32,000 bases of DNA from Sedimentisphaera cyanobacteriorum (GTDB lineage: Bacteria > Planctomycetota > Phycisphaerae > Sedimentisphaerales > Sedimentisphaeraceae), in assembly GCF_001997385.1 (NCBI RefSeq), contig NZ_CP019633.1:2670001-2702000 (forward strand), given 5' to 3'. The notes beneath the pieces are model-generated. The model made no database searches, was not told the DNA's origin, and was given only the letters and a program-made list of their open reading frames with translations. Below, one piece after another: positions 1 through 7,254 of this stretch (positions within the stretch are counted from its first letter, which is position 1; every line of letters begins with the position of its first letter). Position numbers and translations under genes: made by a program.

Positions 1-846
1 AAGGACGGGTTTTACTTTGACGCAATTTGTCGGCAAGAGCCGATAGACGAAGAAAAACTTAATCCGGCAGATAACTGCGTAGAGTTCAGTGTACTCTCGG
101 AAAGTGAGATAGAGCATTACAAGAAGGAAGCCAAAGCTGCTGCAGAAAGTGGAAAAGGAGCGGTCCTTACAGCTCCGGCTGCGCCGTTTGGAGATATTGC
201 TATGATTCCGGCTGTGGGAGTGAAACATACTCCCGGCATTAGGGATGTCGAAGAGTGGTATGTCTCAACTGTTGCTCGGCGGGATTATGTCTATGCAGTT
301 TTTGAAAAACAATGCGAGATAGCTCTCGAAAATCTTGGTCTTCTTGCAGAAGCTCTCGGAGACGATGTACTGGCGGTTTTTACCACCGGAACTGATTTCG
401 GAATGCAGACAGGGCTGTTCATTTCGCCGCAGGCTTACCGTGATTTGTATAAGCCGTTTCATAAAGCGATTAATGATTTTATACATCAAAATACTTCATG
501 GAAGGTGTTTATTCATTCCTGCGGAGCTGTAAAGCAATTGATTCCGGAGTTCATAGATGCTGGGTTTGATATTCTTAATCCGGTACAGTGCTCGGCTGCA
601 GGGATGGATCCGCAGGAGTTGGCTGATCGTTTCGGGCAGAATATTACTTTTTGGGGCGGATTAGTTGATACTCAGAACACGCTGCCCTTCGGGACACCTG
701 AAGAAGTTTACAGAGAAGTTTCTGAAAGGGCTGAGATTTTTCAGCAAAAAAATGGCTTCGTAGCCACCTCGATTCACAATATACAAAGCAATGTTCCAAT
801 TGATAATATCATTGCAATGTTCAAGGCGCTTGGAAGAGATTTTTAA
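1..846 (+). CDS. URO-D (uroporphyrinogen decarboxylase / MtaA-CmuA methyltransferase-like) family protein, 5'-partial
   Basis: Frame 1 is open from nt 1 with no stop before the track ATG at 202, so the gene starts upstream of the window. The translated part (FIHSCGAVKQLIPEFIDAGFDILNPVQ, GMDPQEL, ITFWGGLVDTQNTLPFGTPEEV, IHNIQSNVPIDNI) fits the C-terminal half of the URO-D TIM-barrel family. Stop is TAA at 844-846. Confidence 0.7.
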   Translation, partial: KDGFYFDAICRQEPIDEEKLNPADNCVEFSVLSESEIEHYKKEAKAAAESGKGAVLTAPAAPFGDIAMIPAVGVKHTPGIRDVEEWYVSTVARRDYVYAVFEKQCEIALENLGLLAEALGDDVLAVFTTGTDFGMQTGLFISPQAYRDLYKPFHKAINDFIHQNTSWKVFIHSCGAVKQLIPEFIDAGFDILNPVQCSAAGMDPQELADRFGQNITFWGGLVDTQNTLPFGTPEEVYREVSERAEIFQQKNGFVATSIHNIQSNVPIDNIIAMFKALGRDF

Positions 847-876
847 CGATTATAATAATTCAATCTAAGGTTTTAG

Positions 877-2271
877 ATGGCTGAACATAAAATAAATACT
901 GATAATCAGCACACTGAAATTTCACAAGGTAGTTTGAGTTATGCAGCTGTTGTTGCGGCAGCAGCTGCGCTTGGCGGTTTACTGTTCGGCTATGATACAG
1001 CGGTAATTTCCGGGGCGATAGGTTTTCTGCGCAGCCATTTTGAACTGAATTCTATGATGACCGGCTGGGCAGCCTCCGCCGCCCTTGTTGGATGTATTTT
1101 CGGGGCAATGTTTGCAGGCACGCTTAGCGACCGTTTTGGCCGAAAGCGTATTATGATGCTTGCGGGAGGAATGTTTTTTATCTCTGCTGTTTGGTCGGCT
1201 ATTCCTTATCAATTATTTGATTTTATTATAGCGAGGGTTGTAGGTGGATTAGGTGTAGGGGCGGCCTCAATGCTTTCGCCTTTATATATAGCTGAAATAT
1301 CTCCTGCCAAGATGAGAGGTCGTCTGGTTTCTTTGAACCAGTTTGCCATTGTAGGTGGAATGCTGGTTGTCTATTTTGTAAACACTATGATTGCTCGTCA
1401 GGGCGGTGAAATGTGGAATGTGCAGTACGGCTGGAGATGGATGTTCGGCTCGGAAGCGGTGCCGGCAATACTGTTTTTTGGTTTGCTTTTTCTTGTTCCG
1501 GAAAGTCCGAGATGGCTAACAGAAGCAGGCAAAGAAAAACAGGCGAGGAATATCCTCACAAGGGTGGGAGGCAGTGAGCATGCTAAACTCGAGCTGAAAG
1601 AAATAAAGGATACCATCGCAATGGAGAGCGGCTCGATTTGGGATCTGTTCAAACCCGGGATAAGGATGGCTTTGATTATCGGCGCAGGACTCGCCATCCT
1701 CCAGCAAATCACAGGAATAAATATAGTTCTATACTATGCTCCGGAAATCTTCAAAAATGCAGGATTGACAGCGCAATCGGCTCTTTCAGATACCGTTATT
1801 GTTGGAATTGTCAATTTAACCTTTACTGTTGTTGCGATTGCTGTAGTGGATAAGCTTGGCAGGAAGCCTTTGTTATTGGCGGCCAGTGCTGGAATGGGGG
1901 TAAGTTTGTTACTACTCGGCAGGGCAATTCGTCTTGAACAGTTTGAAGGGCCATGGGTTCTGCTTTTTGTTCTGACCTACGTTGCTTCATTCGCTGTAGC
2001 TATGGGACCGGTTGTCTGGGTAGTAATATCTGAGATATTTCCCACTAAAATTCGCGGCAGAGCGATGTCTGTTGCCACTGTGTGTTTATGGACAGCCTGC
2101 TTTCTTGTATCTGTATTTTTCCCTTATATGCTTGAAACCTTTAAAGGTTCGGTATTTTGGATTTATGCCGATGTGTGCGGGGCTGCATTTTTGTTCGTTC
2201 TTTTATTCGTCCCGGAAACAAAAGGCAAAAGTCTTGAAGAAATAGCAAAAAGCTGGATTGGAAGCGATTGA
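877..2271 (+). CDS. MFS sugar porter family transporter (sugar:H+ symporter, XylE/GalP/AraE-like)
   Basis: 464 aa with a multi-TM profile. Classic sugar-porter signatures are present: GRKRIMM after TM2, PESPRWL, PETKGKSLEEI near the C-terminus. AAGG RBS upstream, TGA stop. Confidence 0.85.
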   Translation: MAEHKINTDNQHTEISQGSLSYAAVVAAAAALGGLLFGYDTAVISGAIGFLRSHFELNSMMTGWAASAALVGCIFGAMFAGTLSDRFGRKRIMMLAGGMFFISAVWSAIPYQLFDFIIARVVGGLGVGAASMLSPLYIAEISPAKMRGRLVSLNQFAIVGGMLVVYFVNTMIARQGGEMWNVQYGWRWMFGSEAVPAILFFGLLFLVPESPRWLTEAGKEKQARNILTRVGGSEHAKLELKEIKDTIAMESGSIWDLFKPGIRMALIIGAGLAILQQITGINIVLYYAPEIFKNAGLTAQSALSDTVIVGIVNLTFTVVAIAVVDKLGRKPLLLAASAGMGVSLLLLGRAIRLEQFEGPWVLLFVLTYVASFAVAMGPVVWVVISEIFPTKIRGRAMSVATVCLWTACFLVSVFFPYMLETFKGSVFWIYADVCGAAFLFVLLFVPETKGKSLEEIAKSWIGSD

Positions 2272-2607
2272 ATTTTCCAGAAGGCATTTTCGGATTTTTG
2301 ACAAATTCAGCTGTTGAATAATGAACTTAAACTGAGATGTTTGTGGAAGCGATTGTGAGAATACAAACAGCACTTTGTTCTTGCGGAAAATGGCTTTATA
2401 TTAACGCAAAATGGCCTTCATTTTGAGGCTGATGTTTCTTATATTTGTACAATGAGCCTTCGGTTTTTGCTTTATAGTATTGCGATAGATCTCAAAAATG
2501 CCTTGATTCGCTTTTTGCTGATTGAAGGCAGCAAAGTTGTAAATATCCGAGGCTTTAATGCCGCTGAGCTTTGATTTCTAAACTGCTCTGATGTAATGCG
2601 TAATACG

Positions 2608-2627
2608 GCAGAATTTAGCAGAATTTA
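2608..2627 (+). repeat. Perfect tandem duplication of the 10-mer GCAGAATTTA
   Basis: Read directly: 2608-2617 and 2618-2627. It lies inside the 538-bp ORF-poor spacer upstream of the PEP-CTERM gene. Confidence 0.9.
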
Positions 2628-2809
2628 ATAGGTTTTGAAAGCGTAGAGAATTATGAATAGAAGGGTTTGGTTTTTTACAACTGCAGAGCCGGCAGCATTA
2701 ATCGAAGAGAAGAAAGGAGATTTGATCGACAGTGAACAGTGTTTTTTAAGGTATTACCGCAGTAATCAAAATCGTGTAATTTATTTAATTATTTTTTGAG
2801 GGTAGAAAA

Positions 2810-3412
2810 ATGAAAAAAACAAAAAGTATTCTAATGTTTGCTGCTGTTATTGCTGTAGCAGTTAGCTCGCAGGCCAATTTTATTGCCAATGGTGATTTCG
2901 AGAACGGAACTGACAATTGGCCTGAAAGAGGCAATTGGGGCGGAGCAACCCTTACATTCGACAACGGTGAGTTGTATATGGATACTAATGCTGAAAATCT
3001 TGATAACACTGAGGACTATGGAGCTAACGCTCGTAGTGATCGCTTTTCAGTTTATCAGGGGATGCAGCTTGATTACAGTATTGACTATGCAACTTGGATC
3101 TCCGAGACGCCTCAGGCAGAGAGTTATCTCTTCAGACTGCAGTTTTACGATGAGCAGGAAAACTGGGTCGGAGATACTGTGTTAGAGGAGATTAAAGACC
3201 ACACAGGGTTCGTTTGGAACACGTTGTCAGGTCAGACTACAGTGGGGCCTGAAAATGCGGTTTTAGCCGCTGTTGAATTGAGCAACGGAACCTATAACAA
3301 TTTTAACGGAGCTGTAAAGGTTGATAATGTTTCGATAGTTCCCGAACCGGCTTCGCTTTCACTGCTCGGATTTGGTGCTGCAGCACTGATTCGAAAAAGA
3401 AGCTCAGCGTAA
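2810..3412 (+). CDS. Secreted PEP-CTERM-anchored protein with a single NGDFE-type CBM-like (CBM4_9-like) jelly-roll domain
   Basis: Signal peptide MKKTKSILMFAAVIAVAVSSQA. The domain starts NFIANGDFENG..W, typical of CBM4_9-like modules. The C-terminus VPEPASLSLLGFGAAALIRKRSSA gives a PEP motif, a TM helix and a basic tail (PEP-CTERM sorting signal, nt 3338-3409). GAGGG RBS upstream. Confidence 0.8.
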   Translation: MKKTKSILMFAAVIAVAVSSQANFIANGDFENGTDNWPERGNWGGATLTFDNGELYMDTNAENLDNTEDYGANARSDRFSVYQGMQLDYSIDYATWISETPQAESYLFRLQFYDEQENWVGDTVLEEIKDHTGFVWNTLSGQTTVGPENAVLAAVELSNGTYNNFNGAVKVDNVSIVPEPASLSLLGFGAAALIRKRSSA

Positions 3413-3416
3413 AAAA

Positions 3417-3438
3417 AGTTATGTGAAAGTTATGTGAA
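3417..3438 (+). repeat. Perfect tandem duplication of the 11-mer AGTTATGTGAA
   Basis: Read directly: AGTTATGTGAA at 3417-3427 and again at 3428-3438. It lies in the 94-bp spacer between the PEP-CTERM gene and the next paralog. Confidence 0.9.
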
Positions 3439-3506
3439 CAGAAGGGACTCTGAATTTACTTCAAGATCGCTTCTATTAAATGAAATTCTTTACTAAGGAG
3501 AAAATT

Positions 3507-5120
3507 ATGAAAAAAAGCATTAACTATTTTTTGGTTTTAGCTTTCATTGGGTTAATGAGTGTTGCCGCAGAGGCAAATATTCTTCCTAACGGAGACTTTG
3601 AAGCGGATCCGCCAGACCAGTTTTGGAACAGCGGTACTGGGGGCAACGGTGTAGTTGATTTCTCTTATAACGACGGATATCTGCGTACCGACGCTGCCAG
3701 CGACCATGCTGATATAATAAGCGACAAATTCAGCGCTTCTGCTACAACCTATAATTACAGCTTTGAGTATTCGGTAGACAATTTTTCCAGCGATGATTTG
3801 GCTGGTCTGTTTCAGTTGAGGTTTTTCGATTCCTCCGGCTCTTTTCTCGGCGAGGAGGATGTAGATCTGGCTGATACAGGGAGTTCAACAATAACAGCAA
3901 GCGGCTCAGCTTCAGCTCCCGCCGGCACGTCCAGTGCTGATATTCGTGTTAGTTTGGGCGTATTCAATGATTTTACCGGCGACTTGATAATTGATAATAT
4001 TTTAATTGAAGCAGACCTTTGGATTATCACCCAGCCTGAAGGTGTATTGGCAAATGAAGGCGATGACGTTAGCTTTACTGCTGAAGCAGGCTCTGCTTCC
4101 GGGGACACTCCCTCATACCAGTGGTACAAGTCTGCCGATTCAACTATTGGAGGCGAAGATGATCAGCTGCTCACTGGAGAGACAGCAGCAACATTGGCGA
4201 TTTCTGATGTAACATCCGCTGATACTGGTTTTTATTACTGTGAAGCAGCAGTGAATTCAAGTACGATAACTACCAATGCTGCCTTCTTGAGTTTTGGTGA
4301 TCTTGTGGCGCATTGGAGTATGGACGAAGCTGATGTAGCGGGTTCAGACCCCAATTACTATTCCGATCTGACCGGCAACGGACACAGCGCAAATATAGAA
4401 CAATCAGTACCGGTGAACTTTGTTGATGGCGTAGTAACCGGTGATCAGGATATTGAAAACTTAAAACCAAACGGTGCTGTTGAAATTGATCACCTAGCCG
4501 GAACAGCCAATGCCAGAACATTTGACCCTGCTGCAGAATCAGGCGAGTGGTCGGTTAGTCTCTGGCTTAATTGGAACGATACAGGCCTTGATTCGGGTTA
4601 CAACAATTTATGGTCTAAACGAGACGGATGGGGTTTCGATTCTATGCAGTATATGGTGCACGTATATGATGAATGGGACGGAGCTGTAATCATGGAAACT
4701 TCCGGAGGCGGCTGGATTGGTACCGGCGGCAGTGCAATAACACCCGGTCAGTGGCATCATCTGGTTATAACTTACGATTCCAGTCAGCGCGCAGAGATAT
4801 GGCTTGACAGCGAGCTTGAGGCTGAGAATGATAACTATGTTATGGGCACAAAGAGCGATTCCACGTTCTGGGTCGCCCGCAATGACAGTACTGCAGAATG
4901 GTTCGATGGTGCGATTGATGACTTCAAGGTCTTCAACTATTCCCTCTCTGACAAAGATATATATGACCTGTATTACGATGAAACAGGTTTTCGCAGGTGT
5001 CTGGAGGAACAAAGACCAGAGGCTGACCAAAATGGTGACTGCGTCGTAGATTTTGTTGATTTTTCTCTGCTTGCAGAGGAATGGCTGAATGACGGTAATT
5101 ACACTCCGCAGGCCTTCTAA
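3507..5120 (+). CDS. Secreted multidomain protein: CBM-like jelly roll, Ig-like domain, LamG (Laminin_G_3-like), dockerin-like C-terminal tail
   Basis: The preferred start is ATG 3507 (MKKSINYF..., signal peptide ending AEA), with AAGGAG 6-7 nt upstream. The track ATG at 3480 lacks an RBS. Modules seen: NILPNGDFE N-terminal module; Ig-like segment with YQWYK and DTGFYYCEA; LamG-type segment LVAHWSMDE ... WHHLVITYD ... FDGAIDDFKVFNYSLS; tail C-x13-DQNGDCVVDFVDFSLLAEEWL. Confidence 0.75.
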   Translation: MKKSINYFLVLAFIGLMSVAAEANILPNGDFEADPPDQFWNSGTGGNGVVDFSYNDGYLRTDAASDHADIISDKFSASATTYNYSFEYSVDNFSSDDLAGLFQLRFFDSSGSFLGEEDVDLADTGSSTITASGSASAPAGTSSADIRVSLGVFNDFTGDLIIDNILIEADLWIITQPEGVLANEGDDVSFTAEAGSASGDTPSYQWYKSADSTIGGEDDQLLTGETAATLAISDVTSADTGFYYCEAAVNSSTITTNAAFLSFGDLVAHWSMDEADVAGSDPNYYSDLTGNGHSANIEQSVPVNFVDGVVTGDQDIENLKPNGAVEIDHLAGTANARTFDPAAESGEWSVSLWLNWNDTGLDSGYNNLWSKRDGWGFDSMQYMVHVYDEWDGAVIMETSGGGWIGTGGSAITPGQWHHLVITYDSSQRAEIWLDSELEAENDNYVMGTKSDSTFWVARNDSTAEWFDGAIDDFKVFNYSLSDKDIYDLYYDETGFRRCLEEQRPEADQNGDCVVDFVDFSLLAEEWLNDGNYTPQAF

Positions 5121-5157
5121 AAAGATTAATTGAATAAATCAATATAAGGAGAAAGAT

Positions 5158-7113
5158 ATGAATAAGACTTATTATTTTCTACTGATATTAGCTATAACAG
5201 GCATTGCACAAGCTAATCTTATTACTAACGGTGATTTTGCTGATGGTAATGCCAATTGGCCGGAGACCGGTTCATGGGGTGGTCAAAACCTTTCATTCGC
5301 CAATGGTGAGCTGTACATGGACAGTAATGCATCGAATCTTGATGACACAGAGGACTATGGAGCCTTTGCCCGCAGTGAACGGTTTTCGGTTTATCAGGGG
5401 ATGGAGCTTGGTTACAGTATTGACTATGCAACATGGGTGTCGGCTACTCCGCAAACTGAAGGTTATCTCTTCAGACTTCAGTGTTTTGATGATCAGGGAG
5501 AATGGGTCGGCGACATTCTTTTAGAAGAGATTACTGACCATACTGGATTCGGCTGGAACACACTGACCGGACAGTTTACAGTGGATTTCGCTAATGTTGC
5601 CGAAGCGACTGTTGAGCTCAGTAACGGAGCTTATAACAGTTTCAATGGAGCTGTTAAAGTTGACAACATTGCTCTGTTCGGCCCGTCTGCTTGGGATCCT
5701 GTTCCGGAAAACGGTGCTCAAGATGTTGGAACTGTTCAGAATGAAGCTTGTGATGTTGACTTGAGCTGGAAGACAGGGCTGAAAATTGCCGATCCTACCA
5801 TTCCTGATCCGAATATAGTTACTCATTACGTGTATCTCAACGACGGCAGCGGATGGACGCTTCAGGATGATGTAAACGCCGACAGCCCCGAAGCGACATA
5901 CACGCTCACAGGTTTGTCTTTCAATAAGCAATACCTCTGGCGGGTAGATGAGGGCGTCAGCCTTGCAGGCGGCGGCGTAAGCGGGCCTGAAGACCCTGAA
6001 ACCATTCAAGGGCCGGTCTGGTCTTTCGGCAGCTATGTAACCTTGTCAATTACTGAACAGCCCGAGACTGCTGCTGTAGATGCTGGAAGCGATGTTGACT
6101 TTACTCTCGCAGCAGAAACCTTGTTTGACTCGCCAATCTCGTATCAATGGTATAAGTCCGCAGATGATGTTGTTGACGATAGCGACGAGGCTCTCACCAG
6201 CGGGGATGTATTGACGCTCACTGATGTGGACTTGACTGATGAGACATTCTATTACTGCGCCGTATCTTCCGGTTCCCTTACGCTGCATTCAAATGTGGTT
6301 TCGCTTGGCATTCGCCGGAAATTAGCGCACTGGAGCCTTGATGATGTCGATTATTCCGAAAGCCAGTATATAGACCTCAGCAATTCAGGGAATGATGCCT
6401 CTGTTGGAGGAACTCCGGAATTTGTTGATGGTTTCGTAAACGGCGATCAAGACCCGAATACATTAAAGGCAAACGGTGCTGTTAAGATATATGAAAACGA
6501 TGGATGGGCTGATGCAGGAACATTTAACCCTGCCGAATATTCAGACCAGTTCACCGTTAGCGGATGGTTCAAGTGGACTCAGCACAGCGATCCTGCTGTT
6601 GACTGGAATACTCTCGTATCCAAGCGCGATAACTGGACTAGCAGCGATGACAATATGTTTATGATTCTCGTTGCAGGCCCGTCAAAGCAGCTCGTGATGC
6701 AGTCTTGGGGAGATGGCTATATTGGCTCCGGCCAGGATTCTGTACAGCCTAATGAATGGTATCATTTCGCAGCAGTTTACACCGGCGAAGTTGGCAGAGT
6801 GTATCTCAACGGCCAGTTTGCAGGTGAAGCCGAATATCCGATGCAGGGCGGCGAAGACTCCACATTCTACATCGGAAGAATTGGCGACGACCTCGGCCAG
6901 CGTTTTGATGGTGCAATTGATGATATTCAAGTTTATAATTACGCTCTGAGCTCTGAGCATATTGCAGGCTTGTATCAGGACGAAACGGGCGAAACAATTT
7001 GTCTGAAAGATCTTGTATGGTACGATCTGACAGACGACTGTGCCGTAAATATGGATGATTTTATGGTAATGGTTGATCAATGGCTTGATTCAGGTATGTA
7101 TCCGGCCGAATAG
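5158..7113 (+). CDS. Secreted multidomain protein: CBM-like jelly roll (paralog of 2810-3412), FN3-like, Ig-like, LamG, dockerin-like tail
   Basis: AAGGAG RBS upstream and signal peptide MNKTYYFLLILAITGIAQA. The N-terminal ~150 aa are about 70% identical (hand alignment) to the 2810-3412 protein. Other modules: FN3-like segment (WDPVPENGAQDV...LSW...YLWRVDE...GPVWSF); Ig-like (YQWYKSADD...ETFYYCAV); LamG (LAHWSLDD...WYHFAAVY...FDGAIDDIQVYNYALS); tail C-x12-DLTDDCAVNMDDFMVMVDQWL. Confidence 0.75.
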   Translation: MNKTYYFLLILAITGIAQANLITNGDFADGNANWPETGSWGGQNLSFANGELYMDSNASNLDDTEDYGAFARSERFSVYQGMELGYSIDYATWVSATPQTEGYLFRLQCFDDQGEWVGDILLEEITDHTGFGWNTLTGQFTVDFANVAEATVELSNGAYNSFNGAVKVDNIALFGPSAWDPVPENGAQDVGTVQNEACDVDLSWKTGLKIADPTIPDPNIVTHYVYLNDGSGWTLQDDVNADSPEATYTLTGLSFNKQYLWRVDEGVSLAGGGVSGPEDPETIQGPVWSFGSYVTLSITEQPETAAVDAGSDVDFTLAAETLFDSPISYQWYKSADDVVDDSDEALTSGDVLTLTDVDLTDETFYYCAVSSGSLTLHSNVVSLGIRRKLAHWSLDDVDYSESQYIDLSNSGNDASVGGTPEFVDGFVNGDQDPNTLKANGAVKIYENDGWADAGTFNPAEYSDQFTVSGWFKWTQHSDPAVDWNTLVSKRDNWTSSDDNMFMILVAGPSKQLVMQSWGDGYIGSGQDSVQPNEWYHFAAVYTGEVGRVYLNGQFAGEAEYPMQGGEDSTFYIGRIGDDLGQRFDGAIDDIQVYNYALSSEHIAGLYQDETGETICLKDLVWYDLTDDCAVNMDDFMVMVDQWLDSGMYPAE

Positions 7114-7128
7114 AAGAGATTGAGCGAT

Positions 7129-7170
7129 GGGGTTCCGGACTATTCCGGGACTCCTCCTTTTAAGTTTTTT
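7129..7170 (+). terminator. Rho-independent terminator after the 5158-7113 gene
   Basis: GGGGTTCCGGA-CTAT-TCCGGGACTCC forms an ~11-bp stem including G-U pairs (7129-7154). It is followed by TCCTTTTAAGTTTTTTT. Confidence 0.6.
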
Positions 7171-7190
7171 TATAACGATCTTTAATAATC

Positions 7191-7204
7191 ATTGTGAAAT
7201 CAGC
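7191..7204 (+). promoter_or_regulatory. Shared 14-nt motif ATTGTGAAATCAGC, copy 1, upstream of the pseudopilin gene
   Basis: An identical 14-mer recurs at 11158-11171. Both copies lie in intergenic DNA just downstream of a terminator and upstream of a + strand gene. This copy runs into the near-palindrome ATCAGCTGCAGC(T)TGAT at 7199-7215. Confidence 0.4.
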
Positions 7205-7254
7205 TGCAGCTTGATACAGATCAGTCATTGACAAAATTGATAAAAGTAGAAAGA

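Noticed and set aside
2608-3438. The tandem short repeats (10-mer x2, 11-mer x2) as a CRISPR or minisatellite array.
   Set aside because: There are only two directly abutting copies each, with no spacers and no cas genes. They are better explained as slippage duplications or regulator half-sites.
3480-3506. The track start ATG 3480 for the second secreted protein, and GTG 14767 and TTG 7228 for two other genes.
   Set aside because: Downstream ATGs at 3507, 14776 and 7255/7261 give canonical signal or prepilin leaders. For 3507 and 14776 they sit at proper spacing from AAGGAG and AAGGTG RBSs. The upstream starts lack an RBS or lie inside it.
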